A stretch of 64,000 nucleotides of DNA. Source: Eutreptiella sp. 'Long Island Sound 2002'. Lineage: Eukaryota; Protista; Euglenida. Position numbers and translations under genes: made by a program. The notes beneath the pieces were generated by a model. The model worked only from the letters and a program-made list of their open reading frames with translations, was not told the origin of the DNA and did no database searches. Of this stretch, positions 33,550-47,019 are shown piece by piece. Location: assembly GCA_964036045.1 (NCBI GenBank), contig OZ038378.1:160766001-160830000 (forward strand), read 5' to 3'. Each line of letters starts with the position of its first letter. Position 1 is the first letter of the stretch.

Positions 33550-36023
33550 GTCTTCATATGCACCTTTTATATTGAGCATCCGCAAGTCCTCAGTTCGGCC
33601 ATTGTCGCAGAGTGGAATCATGGCCACGCCACGGTCCGTAATGGCTTTACTTGTCGGTCTGTTCGGCGTGTTTCACCAAACAGTTCCCAAATTTCTAATA
33701 GAGGTATGTGCAAGCATCAGGGTATGCCTTGCGGCCACGTATTTGCAAGAAGACACCACAAACAAGATTCACTTCCTGCTACAACACTCTATATTAATAA
33801 CCTGCATTCCCATGTCATTATAATGTGCATCCATCCGCTCTGTCCCCATTACATCTCGTCTTTTAGGACCGGATAGTTCACGACCAAGAAGGCCACCCGT
33901 CGCCCGATTCCCGGGCCGGTAAAGCATTTATGTTGGTTCTAGAGGGCCGTGGTGGCCGCTTCGGGTAGGGGAAAACCCGGGTCGTATTCTTGTATACCTA
34001 TCATGTCTATGCAGAAGTCATGTATCAGTTGTAGCATGTCGGCCCAACGCTAGAGGCTGAGTGTTCCCTGTGCGCTTTGTACGTTCCATGACACCAGCTT
34101 CATGTCCGTATCGTGTTGTTGTCTTGTTTGTTGAACGTTTTTCAGGTCCTTTCGTGTGTTAAAAGAAATTCCAAAGTGTTATGCACAATGTGTACATGTC
34201 GGAAGAACATTGAGCACCACAAACATGGGTCCATAGGCCGAAATTTGTACAGTGGAATCTCTCCAAGAGAAACACCACCAGTCATTTTTACGGCATGTAG
34301 TGAGGATCAGGGCAAAACTTGCAGCGTTGTTATTGCACTGCAGTATTGCATACACCAGTATGAAAATGCGCACACTGCTTTGCTTCCCATATGCATTGAA
34401 TAAGCGATGAGCAGACAATGTTATTTTGGGCACCCTAGCGTAGCAATATTCATATCTATTCCTCACCCTAGGCTACAGTTGCGTAATAGCACATTCTGAA
34501 TATTTCTGGAAAGTTTTCACTCATCAGATTCGTAAATGCATATTCTTCGCGGAGCAACTACACTACATCTTTTTGAATTTTTCTTGCTCTCGGGAAGATT
34601 TGGTACCTTGAGCTTTAATTGGGCGCCTTACCTTAGTGCGATTAGATACCTTGGGAAGATGGATCAACCATCACTAATCACTGCAAGATTGCAATAGACC
34701 ATGGCCGGAGGCTAGGTCACAAGAGTAGCAAACTCGTCCACCCCGAGCGTAGATGTACACCTCACTTGGGCCTACATTTGGACACCTGGCGACTTGCTGA
34801 ACTATGGCAACATTACCTCTTCTGACGCTCTTTTGCCTCTGCTCACGACTTCGTAGTTTTTCCAGTGCAATGGGCAGTCTGGGTGTTGTCGTACTCCATT
34901 TACTTTGAAACATTGTTTGTTGTTGCATATCTTGCGGCGAAAAAGTTTAATGAAAATGAACGACATGGTTTTGATAAGGATATGCTACATGTGCTACTAC
35001 CATCCGATTCCGACATTCGTGTACAAAAGGCTTCGGATTACACCATCATTGCGCTGTTTAAGGAGCTAAATGGCAAATGGAGAACACACGAAACACGCCG
35101 GTCGTGGAAAAATGGTCGAGTACTGTGCAGATTCCACAAGTTGAGGAATAGCTATCGTTGCCACTGACTCCTCACTGCCGTCTTCTTTTTTCTGGCAGCT
35201 TTCACCTTATGAGGAATAAGGATCGCCCGCACCGACTGCTCACTGCCATCTGCAAATGCTCAAACGTGGCTGTTCCAGGCATGACCTTTGGGGGTGTCCC
35301 AGCTTATGTAACTACGCTATGGGGATGTGATACCGAGGAGTACCGCCGGGCCCCGTACGCTTTTGCCGGTCCTAGTTGGTGACCGTGTTTGCGCCTCTAA
35401 TTCCCCGGTTCTCCGTCCTATACCCCTCTGCGTCGGGTTTGAGCGTGGCCTTTCTGGATTTGGCACGAGCAGCTGTAGTGTGAGAGACTGGTTCCCGGCC
35501 ACTTATAGGAGTTGTTGACGTACCAAGAGGCCCACATAAGGCAGTTGGTGGTGTTGTGCCACATACTGTGCATGCACAGCACCTTGATGTGTCTACTTTT
35601 TCGGTTCTATTTTTTGCCCCAGTGCCAATTGACAGCATTCCTTACCGTCCAGTGCCGGGTGCCACAGGTGGTTGAGACCCGGTGGATGGTGTAGCCCATC
35701 GTATATCTTTTTTCAACCCCAACTGCTGTGCATTCTATAGGCCGACCCGTGTATGTGTTATCGTCCGGAGGACTAGCCCACCTGTGGGCAGTCTATTAAG
35801 GTAAAATCCCCAGTTTCCTTACCAATCTTGCCGCGATTGTACACATTGTGTTATGGTTCGATTAGTGCGAGCGCGCGTCGCGAGATCTGGCAAAAGATCG
35901 AGCACGCGTGCACGCGCTAATGATGATCGATATTGAAATAGTGATCAATGATTGTGATAAATATTCGACATGTGTTCATATGTTTATCACAGGGTTTTTC
36001 TTGGAGTTTTGAATTGACACAAT

Positions 36024-37475
36024 TTGCTGCCCCACTTAAAGATCCTGCGTGTCGAGGTTGTTGATTTTCAAGAAACTAGCAGAGCAAGAGGTTTTCGAAG
36101 ATCCAGACAACAACCACTACACTTGGTAAGCAGCTTGGGTGTTGGGGGAGCAGCATTTCACATTTTGAACTCGATCTACGCGTCGCGTCGAGATTTTCGT
36201 GTTCAAGATCTCGTTGATTTCAACCCCAACTTGAATTCAATCTGAGTTCGATACAATTTCCAAGACCTGATGGATAACATCGGCAATGCTTTCGACGAAC
36301 AGCTTATGTTGGTTTTTGTGCGCAACTGCTTGTTTCGACCTGAATCTCCGTTGCATCAAGAGTTTACCAATTCGTTGCATCAACTCATAACTACTCGAAT
36401 AACGAATCGAGAGACATAGTGGTTTGCGTCGATGTCTCATGACCTTAACAGGCTCACGAGTGCAAATGAAGAGAACAGGCAACGACTTGATAAATTTGAC
36501 GAGCAATGGATGGATTGGCTTTCAAACAATGAAGCTCTTCAAACTGGTTACCTTGATCTAGGAAAGAGGTTTGAGTAATTGAACGACAACGTGTAGAAGG
36601 CACAGAGTCAGATTGCAGCTGACTGCAATGGTCTTGAACACAATTTTAGTGGGCTCCAAAGGAATTTCGACACCCTGACGGTGGCGACAGAGAACGCTAC
36701 ACGAGCCTCGGTGGCTGCTACGGCCGATGCACACGTAGCTTCAAACAGTCGCATGGGTTTTGAACAAGCACTCGAACCCCACAAGGCACTCTTCAACTCG
36801 ACCGTCAGCAAAATCTAAGAGGAGCTACAAAAAACCCTCATGTTTGTACATCACTTTGTTCGAGGATCCAGTTGGAATACGAGTGGACCACCGCCTTCTC
36901 CACAACCTTGGAATTCGAATGGACCACCGCCGTCTCCACAACACCTTCCACAACATCCTCCACAACATCCTCAGCCACAGCAACGTCCTTCGAATCAACC
37001 AGGTTTCTTTCCACAACCGACCTTCACCCAAACTGTTTCCGAAGAGAGTTTGGGACGCAAAGTCGAACGTTTGACGAAGCTGGTTCGACTCTTCTCTGGG
37101 AAACCTGGTGAAGGAGAGTTTCGTATTTGGGAGCAGGAGTTCTCGATGGCACTTGTCCTCTCAGACATCTCCAGTGCCTTCGAGAAGGCGACGGCTATGC
37201 CCTTTATGCTCCAGTCAGACGCCGTCGACTATTATCACAGTTTGACTTCGACTGTGCAGAGTGACTGGAACGAGTTGACCAAGGTATTGGCGCAGCGTTT
37301 CGACAGTATTTCCAATGAGCCCGTCTACCTTTCGAGAATGTTGACCTTGAAGGAATGCGATTTTTCACGACATGCGGATTATGTTCGGGAATTTTGAGTG
37401 TGTGTCATCAAGTCGAAAGTCAATGTTGATGATCTGCAGATGGGTTACTTGGTCAATTCGAGGTTTGTTGAAGGG
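36024..37475 (+). pseudogene. Ty3/Gypsy-like gag ORF, 3'-truncated
   Basis: Coiled-coil, then Pro/Gln linker, then LFSGKPGEGEFRIWEQEF...LQSDAVDYYHSL...DWNELTKVLAQRF (retrotransposon gag capsid pattern). Six in-frame stops (36243, 36417, 36576, 36594, 36816, 37395) and no frameshift. Confidence 0.8.
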
Positions 37476-37532
37476 GACAGAACAGGTCGCGCGGCGGTAG
37501 CGCATTTTTGGGTCGCGCCAGAAGCTGTGCCA

Positions 37533-38487
37533 ATGCATTTGAAGCAAAAGAACAGGACTGAGTTCGAGATGACAGCCGCCGAGGCCCTGGCAAAGAGACG
37601 TAGTGTGCGAAGCGCCGCCAAAGCACTTGGAGTTCATCGCGACAGTGTCACCGGTGCCTTGGAGAGATACAAGTGTACGCGACGCTACTGCCCTTGCTCT
37701 TAAAATTGCTTGCGGCCATGAAGGTGTCACGCGACGTGTCCGTAACTGCCGCGCGACACGTCGCCCTATTCATTAATAAGCTAAGGCAGCGAGTGAACAC
37801 CTACACTGTCTCGCTCCCTCCCTCCCTGCCCTACCGCAATGTAGAGCAAGGGCCAACCCCATGCGGCTCAAGCGAGGACTGAAACCACTGTTGAACGGAG
37901 AGGAGTTAATCCGGTGGATGGATAGCCAGGCAGATGCCAGTTAGGCTCCGCCGATGAAGCACATCAAAAAGCATGCGGAACAGATGGCGAAGGCACTTCC
38001 CTGTAATGCTATGTCGCTCGTGAATTGCAAGTTTCGGAAAAAGGGGTGGGCTCTTTTTTAGAACAGGCACAAAGACTTCGTAGAGAGAAAGCCTCAGCTG
38101 AAAGCCAGCGAGCTACAGCTAGATTAACAACAGAGGAAATGCTCTCTTTTTTCAACACTTCCCTCAAGCTTGCCCTCATTCTTCCAAATTTCGGAGCCAC
38201 ATACATCCATAACATGGATGAGACTGGCTTTTTTCGTAATTTTGGGACAGTGGGGTCTGCAGTATGGGTTAGGCGCGGGCGAAAACATGTCGCGCGGAAA
38301 CGGGGATGGGCCAGGCAGCACATTGCTACCCTTGTGTCTTGCTTTTCTGCCGGAACCACCAATATCCCTTGCCTGCGATGGCACAAGAAAAAAGTGAAGG
38401 GGGAGTCGTTTTTGAAAAAGAAGGGGCCAGTGAGAATCAAAGGGACCCCTGTTGGTTGGTCATCTGAAGACGTCTTTCAATCAAGAG
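37533..38487 (+). pseudogene. pogo/Fot1-like (Tc1-mariner superfamily, DDE_1) transposase remnant
   Basis: psq-like HTH SVRSAAKALGVHRDSV, then YIHNMDETGF, IATLVSCFSAG and GWSSEDVF. Frameshifted, and cut off at the (AATC)n tract. Confidence 0.82.
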
Positions 38488-38516
38488 ATCAATCAATCAA
38501 TCAATCAATCAATCAA
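38488..38516. repeat. (AATC)n tract; candidate (TTGA)n 3' tail of the minus-strand non-LTR element
   Basis: About seven AATC units at a sharp switch from transposase sequence to very GC-rich DNA. Confidence 0.8.
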
Positions 38517-41500
38517 CCGTTGCCCACGAATGTGGGGCGCCTTCTGCACACCCCTTTTTGTCTGGCGGCCACCATACGGTGGGGGGGATCATCTCCGCCG
38601 TAGGTTCCGCCAAGAACAAGGGTCCCCCTCACGGGCGACCGTGCCCCTCACGGGCGACATCCTGGGTTCCCCCGGGGCCCGGCCGACGCCTAGTCAGCCC
38701 ACCCCTCACCCGTGCAGACAGTCTTATGGTCACCTGCGGGCGGGGCCCTGTGTCGGTGCACTGGCGAACAGTCCCACCTCCACCGGGCCCACTCTCCCCC
38801 CTCACGGGCGAAGTACCCACTCGTTTCTCCTGGGTGCACTTGGGTATCGTCCACCCGCGACCGTCTGCGATCTGGCTCGGCACCCACCCCTTCGGCCCCC
38901 CTCACGGGCGACTTCAGCTGTGGGCCCATTGACCGACGGCTGCCACCCTCCTCTCCCGGCCCCCTCACGGGCGCCGAGGGCAGGGCTACCCCGACTCAGC
39001 TTGGGGTCCGTGGCCAGGGTGTATCCGGGTTAGCCCCGGGCACCCTCTCCCGGCGATTGCTCCCCGGGGCATGTGGCGTTGCATTGTCGATGTACCGGTC
39101 ACCTTGATTCTCGTGCGGTCCACGTGCGCACTGCGTCCTGCACCTGTCCCCTACCTCCGGTTTCGCCCGTCCGGCACCCGCTCCCCCGGCTCCCCTCACG
39201 GGCAACCTGGGGTGTGGGCCCCCGTGCTTCGGCTGTCCCCTTGTTCCTCCGCCCTCTACCTGGCGCACGCCCCGGTGTTCCTACCGGTGCACTCTGCCCT
39301 CGTCCCTCGGCCCTGTCCCTTTCTCATGCACTGCCCCTCGCACCCATTCAGCCCCTCTCCGCGTTTGTACCCCGCCGGGCCGCCGGCAACCCCGCGGCGC
39401 GGGCCCGGAGGACCGTTTCGTGCCTAGTGCACGGGTTGCTTCCCTCGTCCCCTGTTCCCCCGCGCGCAACGCGTCTCCCTCCCGCTCTCGCCACTGTCCG
39501 GCGCCGCGCCTCGTCACCGCCCCCCGGTCCCCCTCACGGGCGACCAGGTGTGCAGCCCCGTCGGCACGGCCGCCACCTCTCTTCTCCGGCCACGCGCGCA
39601 CAGCGTCTATACCTCGGGTGTCCCACTCGTCCCCGGTGACCCTCACTTTTTCCTTCGTTCTTGGTGTCGTGTGTCCCGGTGTTCCTACCGGGTCAAGCGC
39701 CGGCCGCGAGGCGTCTGCCCCTTACGTCACTTCTCCATTGCTCCCCCTCGGGGGGGGGGGGTGTGTGTCTGTACGGTCTTCCGTCCCCACCCTTGCATGC
39801 ACGCGACACCTCGCTTCCATAGTATTGGGCCGTTCTGTTCTCGTGTCCTGTCTCCTGACTGTTCCACACCCCAGCTGTACATTCGCCCCACATCGGGGGG
39901 CTGTCTCCCTCCACCCTAATGCCGCGCCAGTCCGGGCCTCCCACTCTCTCTCTGACCAACCCTCTCGCCCTTGCCGCTGCCTCACTACACTAACCCCTAC
40001 CCGTCCCCTTGGCTCCTGACCTTCCGGCGCCGGCCCCATGCTGCAGTGCGCAAGGCGCCCCTGCCAGCTGTTATGGCTTCCCTCCCCTGGCACCTCCCCC
40101 CCTCCTTGGCCGCGGCCCCAAGGGCTGACGACCTGCCGTCCCCGCATGTGTCGCCCCCCGTACCCGCCCACTCCCGGTCCAGCCCTCTCTCCGGTAGATG
40201 GTGGTGGTGGCAACCTGGCCTACTGTTCCTCGCGGGGCCAGGTGCACCATTCCGTCCATCCCAAGCTCTCCCCTGGCAGGTATGTACAGACGCCCTTGGC
40301 ATGCATTGTAATCGTCGGCACTGTGCTGAGTGCTGCCGAGTACCTCTCAGAGGTTGAGGTCCCTGTCGTGATCTATAGGGCTGTAGTGGTACCTTATCTG
40401 GGCAGGAGGCATTGCCTGGGGGGGGGGGGGGCAGACCTAACGCTTTTCCTCAATTCGTTCCGTCTACGGCTGCATTGTTGTGCCCCAACCGTTGGCGCAC
40501 CGACTCCCCACGGTTGGCCACCAACCAACGCCTGCCGACCGTCGACCGCCGACCACCGCCAGTAGACCACCCAACCGCCGGCCACTCGGGTCCCTGGACT
40601 TTCTCCGACCTTCGGGAGAGGACATCGTGCCCCCCTCCCGCGGAACACTCTGTCCCAATAGTCTGCAGCCCCGGTGCTGCCGGGCTGGAAAATGGAAGAT
40701 AATATTGGCGTCGGGCCACAATCAGATTGGTAAGGGAAACGTGCAGGGCCAGATCCCCGAGCCATAACTTGGCCTCTGGATTCAGACTCCCAACTCCACG
40801 GTCCTGACACCCCAGTCGCCCACATTGGCTCACCGGATCCCGACGTCCCAGTGTTACCAGCCTCACTCCACGTACTCACCCAAGACCGAACCTGCCGGCC
40901 GTTGAACACCTACTTCTGTTGTTCGCCAACCGCCGGTAGTTAACCAGCCCCTCCCCGGCTCAGTTCCCAACGTCAACTGGTTCCTATACTTTCGTGGGCT
41001 CCACACGAAAAAAACATTGCGCCCCCCGGTACCCGGGCGTTACTTGCTGCTGAACGCAAAAGGGTCAGTCCTTCACCTTCTTCCCTGCAAGCCCCATTAT
41101 GCGGTGTCCACTGAGCTGACAACGCCACACAGCGGCAACGTGGCTGCAGCACGGTGGCCTGCCGGAGTCGTCAGCCTGCCAGCAGCCCCGAGGTGACTCA
41201 GAATCACTCCTCACTCCTATGATGTAAATGCGTTGTGTAGGTGCTCCTGCGATCCGGTACCGTTCTTCACGGTGGGTCACTGCCGCCGTACACTCAACCC
41301 CCTGCGGGGCCATTTCACCATGTTTCCGAGGCGGTAGCCATATGTCCGTAGTCCCCTTGAGACGGTAAGCTGCGGTTCCCCGCTGTATAGGAGTGGGGCG
41401 TCATCCCGCGGGGGAGACCCCGGCTCTTCGACACCGAGACGACAGAGGTTACGTTAGCAGATCGCTCCTCGCTCTCGTCCTCGATCGGCGAATACGCTCT

Positions 41501-41850
41501 GGCGGATGACCTTTGTCGCAGCGGACCCAACCTCCGTCACGTCCTGAGGATCAGGAGGAACTCTCGGCCTGTGAACCTAGACTTCGCCCGGCAACCATCT
41601 CCGCGTAGAGGCTTTGCAAGCCGCACATCCCACGCAGTGTGTGGCCACTCCATCGACTCCTTGAAGCTGCAGCCTCCGGGCCATACGCCCCTCTGTATCC
41701 TTGATCTTTGACTTCCCACCACAGAGGAGGGAGATCGATGGCACCCCGCTGAGGTGATCGCGGCCCACCAACACCAAGCTGTCATCGTTCCCCTCTCACC
41801 CCCGCCTCTGCGGGGGAGGGCGGGGGGGCACCATACTCGTTACCCCCACC
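38517..41850 (-). mobile_element. Heavily decayed 3' part of a non-LTR retrotransposon (paralog of 47020-49775)
   Basis: Collinear peptide remnants vs the intact copy: IDLLLC/ADLLC, GVATHCVGC/GVRKECWKC, EAKLWL/VTELWL, CSAGGGH..GPEW/CSTGNH..GEPVW, VGGPDW/VGEPDW. Homologous 3' UTR around 39590-39730. Confidence 0.6.
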
Positions 41851-41989
41851 CTGCCCACCCACCTCCCGTTCCCGCGGGGGGGGGGTGTCCGGGCCAGCGT
41901 TCCTACCGGCTCCGGCTACCCCGTCGCTTCCGGTACCCTGCCTCTTGCTATCCCTCAGTCTGCCCCCCCCCCCTTCTTGTTTTAAGGGT

Positions 41990-43900
41990 TTTTTTTTCCG
42001 CGTGCCCACTCCGGTGTTCCTACCGGCTTGTGCCGCCCCTCTTCTCCTGTCCCTCCGGCCCCAGTCCCCTCTGGCTACCGATTGCTGCGCCGCCCTTTGT
42101 GTCCTGGTTCCCCGCATGTGGCCGTGGGGAGCGACAGAATACATGTGCGCATATGTGTATACCCAGCCGGCGAACGTGGATGCGGGTGCGGCCGTACGGG
42201 GTACGCGCTCATGTCCAACAGATACCCCCACTGATGCATCAGGTAGGTGATGTTGACCGCACACACACCCGTGTGGGCGCAGACTCTGCCCCAAATGACC
42301 CACGTTCGGGGCCGGGTGTCCTCCTGGCCGCACCAGGGGCAGCGGCCCAGGCCGCACGAGGCCTCACATTCCGCCATGCTGCGTGGTCCTGTCATTTGTG
42401 CTACAGACACGTATGGGGTGTCGGAAGGGACAGGTGGGAGGCAGTACCCCATCCGGGCGCCTCTGCCTCTCCAGGGTTCCCCCACCCATCGCTCGTTGTG
42501 TGCGGCCTGGACTCGCTACTCCTGGACTGTGGCTCGCTGCCCCTCCCCCCCCCCGTTGCCTTTTTTTTTTTGGATGACGGAAGCCATGACGACTTTGCGC
42601 GTTCGTGCAGACTAAGGCTGGGGCTAGTACCGTGCTGGGCCACGCACACTCGTGTGTCGCCGTCCCCCCCTCCCGCCGAGGTCGGGTCTCCGTGTATGCG
42701 TGCCGCGGGATCCTGGACCCTGGGTGCACTCTGGGCAGTACCCGGGCACTGGGCCCCTGCTCTCCACTGCCCTTGGCAACAGTGGCTGGGGTGGGAGTCA
42801 CATGGGGGGGTTCTTGCGTCTCTCTTCCGGGGGGCGCACCTGTCGTAAGGCATGCAGCACGCACGGGCTTGTTAATCAAAAGCCATCACAGCACTCCTGC
42901 GGCGCCTTTCCGCGGACCGAACGTTACTCAGTGTGCCCGGAAGCACCGTTGGGCATTCATTGTGACTGGCTGTTTGCATCCATCAGGTCTTGGGTCCTGG
43001 CACCCCGCACTTAAGCCCTGATGGGCGTCCGGCACCACAAGGGGGCGGTATGGCATACCGTGCCCAGGCCCCATCCCGGCGCCCGTGGCTCACAGCCACT
43101 GATCTGTGTGTACATCAAGTGCACCATGAACGGGTAAGCCTCGCGCACGCCCCACCAGGGTGCCAAGTGCAAGCAGATGTGGATTGGCCCATGCGTTAGC
43201 CCCTCCAGGGTGCCTCGTGAGGACAGTGTGGTTATCTGACGGTCAGCTCTCACTGGTTAGCATAGGGACAGGCTTCCTCTGCTATTCTCCGTTTCGCTGT
43301 ACGCATTATCCCCCCCGCGTCGTCCCCGCGCCCGGCGCAGAGCACGCGCCTATACCCCTGGGGGGGGGACGTGGCTTCGCAAGTCGTCGACAGTAGACAG
43401 GGGGGTGGGTTTGGGCTGTGTGCGTCATAGCCTCGTGGACCAAGGGACCCATAGCAGCGCTCGGTGTGTGACGCATGCGCATGTCTACCCGCCCTCCGCT
43501 GCTCCCTGGGCGGTGGTCATGACGCGCGCGCCCCCCACTGGCACAAGCAGGGCGTGGAGGTCAGTGGAGCCTCTTAGTCTCTGAGTCTCTTCGCAACCCC
43601 CCCCCCCCTCGCGACTATCTCTGGCCCCACAGAACGGCCTGCTGGCCATGTGCTGAACTGCTGACAGAGTAACAGGGGTGTCAATGCGCATATACCCCCC
43701 CCTACTGTGATTGGACGGGACCATCACCAAGGCTTGCTTGTGCGAGGGTGTGGGTTGCTCGGCTCACTGTGCATGGTGCATGTGGAAGTCTTGGTGTACT
43801 GTTCTGAAAAACCAAGGGGTAGAATGCGCCGCATAGGCCGTCCTGCGTAATTGAGCTGCAGTGGAGGTCGGGGGAGTGCTTGGAGGGTGCAGCCGTTGAT
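41990..43900 (-). mobile_element. Possible third non-LTR 3' fragment
   Basis: Same 16-bp hairpin (42011-42026) next to an A-tract, and a CPWCGQEDT finger-like remnant at ~42316-42344. No RT or endonuclease motif recognised; upper boundary is a guess. Confidence 0.3.
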
Positions 43901-44447
43901 GCGCGCCCCCCACCCCCCCCCTCTCTGGTCCCCGCCCTTCCCCGCCCCCGCCCCTGCCCCCTCCTGCGCCCCCCCTAGCCTCGAACGCATCACCTCATGC
44001 CGGGCTAACGTCCGCCATCCAGGTTAGGCCATCGGTGGGCCTTGGCGTCGGCCGTCACCCCCCCTTGGCGCATCCCCATGTCGTCCCCAGCCCCCCCTCC
44101 TTTCCCACCCCCGGTCCCTTCCCCCGTCCCACCACCTGTCCCCCTCCTGATCCCCCCGCCTTTCGTGTCCGTGCTCTCCGCCTCCCCTGCGCCCCGTCTG
44201 ACCCCCGCCCCCGTACCCGCCCCCCCCCCGCGCCGCTGTTTCTGCCCTCGTTCCGGGCTGGGCTCCTCGTCCTCCCCCAGCTCTCCCCCCTTACCCGGTC
44301 TGTTCCCCCCCCGTGTCCCCCGCGCGGGTCCCAGTCCCCACCCCCGCGTCTGCCCATATCCCCGCCCCTATCCCAGTCCTTTCTTCGTCCGCCGCTCCGG
44401 CCGTGGTCTCCACCCCTGTCCCTATCCCTGTCCTCCCCCCGGGCCCT

Positions 44448-46869
44448 CTAGGGGGACCGCACCCAACACCTCCGGTCGTGTCTCAGCTGGTATCTCCCCT
44501 CCGCCTCCAGCATCTGCCGCATCTGCCCCACCACTTTCCTGTCCGCCATTTGCCTCCGGTCCCCCGTGTCCAACTCCGGGAGGACCTGGTGGAGGAGCTC
44601 CACCCAGTCGCCTCTCGCCATCTGCTTGGGGACCTCCTGTTGCTCCCCTTGTCGCTCCACCACTTCGCCCAGCGTCGTGGTCATGGGTTGGTCTTTTCCC
44701 TTGGCCCGCCCCGCCCAGTGAACATATCGGGCCAGCTCTGCTACGGCACTGTCCCCCCACCCCCGAGTCGACCCCATTTTCCACGCTGCCGCACTGCCCT
44801 CTTTCCCTGGCACCCCCCGATCCTCTTCCTCCGTGCCCACCCCTATCTCTTCCGTCTCTATCTTGACTCGTACCCCACCCCCTGGTACCGGGGTGCCACG
44901 CCGCGGCCCGGCGGGGCTTCGGGGGGGGAAGGGCGCTAGCCATGCGGTTGGGACGCGGGGTTCGTAGTGCGTGACCTCCGCTTGGGGGGGGGGGGGGGGG
45001 GTTGCAAGCCTGTATCGCTTGCTCGGCCTGGGGTCGTCCGCCCCCGTGGCCTCTCTCTTGACCCCCCCCCCCCTCCGTACCCGCCCCCCTTTCCGGCCCT
45101 TCCCCTCTTACCATCGCCTCCGCCCCCCCCTCGCCCCTCCCCTTCGCTTGGCTCCGAGCTCGACGTGTCGGCCTCCGTGACCGTGTCCGGATCGGGGTCC
45201 TCGAGCCCGCCGCCTCTCGCCCCCCCCCTCCCCTGCCCCTTCTGCTCCTTCAGCATCCCGCGCAGTCGCTCGATTTCCTCCTGCTTTGCCTCCATCCGCC
45301 CCTTCAGCTGGGCCGCCTCCAGGGCACGTTCCTCTGCTTGCTTACCCCACCTCTCCGCCGCCTCCGTCCACCGCGCCGCGCACTCTCTACCGAGCCGCCG
45401 CTCTGCCTCCACTGCCGCACGACCCCGCTCCTGCTCGGCCGCCGCACCCATCCTCTCCGCCGCCACTGCCCCCGACGCCTGCCGCAAGCGCTCTTCGAGT
45501 CCCATCTTCGCCTGCTCCGCGTCTCTCAGCCGCTCTTGTTGCTGCCGCAGCTGCCGCCTGAGGCCTTCGATCTCCTTCCCCAGCGCGCCCTCTCGCATAC
45601 CCGTGGGGGTGTACGAGAGGCTATAGGTATAAGGCGGGGCGGGGGGGGGGGTGGTCTTCCCCCCGTACCCGGCCACCCTCCCATATTCCCCGGGGCGCCC
45701 GGGGGCGGTTGTGCCCACCCCCAACCCCCTTTCCCCTTGCCTCTGCCACCCTCCTGGCCCCCCTTTCCTCCCCACTGGCTCCACCCTTTGCCCCAGTTAC
45801 CCTTACCCATCTCCCCTGGGTGCTGCATCCCCTTGCCCGCACCCCCTGTGGGTTCGTGCCCGCCGTGCCCCTCGTTCGGTCGCGGTGCCTCAGGGGGGGG
45901 CGGCACCGCCGATGCATCGGCGCTCCGCACGTCCTCCCCCCTCCGCTCCGGCGGGGGGGGGCGACGCCGTGGGCGGGGGGGGGCACTTTCGGGGGCGGGG
46001 GGGGGCATTGTCGGGGGTGGGGGAGGCCCTGCCGGAGGTGCAGCCCTCAGCTCGAAAATTTGGGCCGCCGGTGGTGCCGCATGTTTTCAAGCGCCACGTA
46101 CTGACGCTGCAGCCTCTCCCTCAACTCCATTGCCTCCCGTGTCTTCGCCATTCTGGGGGGCGAGGGGGGCTGCCCCCCCCCCCACCCCCACCCCTTTTGT
46201 CTCCCGGCCTTTCCCCTTACCCCCTCCGCCCCTGCTCCCGCCAGCCCTTCCGGCGCTGCTTGCGTGTGGCGGTCCCCCACGTACCACCGTTGCCCCCCCC
46301 CTTGCGCCTCCAGCACCCGTCACCTTGACGTGGCTCGGGTTCAGGTGGGCCTGCAACTTCGTTTGTGGTTGCCAGCCTCGGCCCTTGCCCCCCCCCTTCC
46401 CTGTCCCCGCTCCCACGTGCGCCAGGACAGACTTCATGTGTCCTTGTTGCACGGGGGGGCTGGGCGGCGCCTTGGGCCCCCCCTCCACCCTCTGGCCCTC
46501 TGCCACCCCCCCCCCCCCCCGGCCCCATCCCCCTCTCCGCCCCCCGCTCCGCCGTGTGCCGGCTCCGCCGGCCGCACTCGCGGCTCCTCCGCCCCCGCGA
46601 CCAGGTCCGGTTCCGCCTCCGCGTTCAGCATGTTCATGAAGCTGTCCGCTTCCTCCGGCAGTCGGGGATCTCACCGGCACCGAGCACACGGCCGACGCCG
46701 TGCACCCCCCCAGCCCAGAGGAAATCTCCTCGTTGTCCGTCCACGGGCCGGGGGGGGGACTCGGCCCCGGGGCGCGGCCGCCCGCCGCCCCCGTGGCCGG
46801 GGCGGTCGTGGGGGCGGTGGGGGCGGCGGTGTTGGGCGTCTCGGGCATGATGGGCTGCCTGTAATGCAC
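44448..46869 (-). pseudogene. ORF1-like low-complexity protein (Gly/Pro/Arg-rich, long coiled coil), broken at G/C homopolymers
   Basis: Successive minus-strand ORFs (46087-46869, 46047-46316, 45526-46008, 44936-45784, 44448-44840) read as one protein, including EIEGLRRQLRQQQERLRDAEQ...EEIERLRGML. Frame switches lie near long G runs. Confidence 0.5.
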
Positions 46870-47019
46870 AGGAGGCGGCCGGGGTGTGTCAGGCGGCTCC
46901 GCTTGGGGGGGGGGGGGGCGTCGTGCGGTTCTCTTCGGTGCGCACGGCGTGCTGAATCACCCCCCCCCCCGTTTTCGCCGGTTGCACGCGCGCTGCGTGT
47001 TGGTGTCCCGTGTGTTTTG

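Noticed and set aside
16423-34530. Hammerhead-like cores: CTGATGAG at ~16514, CCGATGAG at ~16426 and a minus-strand CTGATGAG near 34520
   Set aside because: No correctly closed stem II followed by GAAA, and no stems I/III.
35330-35700. Minus-strand peptide ...HSMWHN...NNSYKWPG...SCQIQKG resembling a retroviral integrase zinc-binding region
   Set aside because: Spacing does not fit HHCC, and no DDE core follows.
35840-36023. Possible 5' LTR and primer-binding site of the Gypsy gag
   Set aside because: No second LTR in the window and no clear TGG-initiated PBS.
42600-43990. Expected AP-endonuclease/RT of a LINE after the ORF1-like region
   Set aside because: No QETH, GDFN, SDH, QGxPLSP or YxDD motifs found in the minus-strand frames I read.
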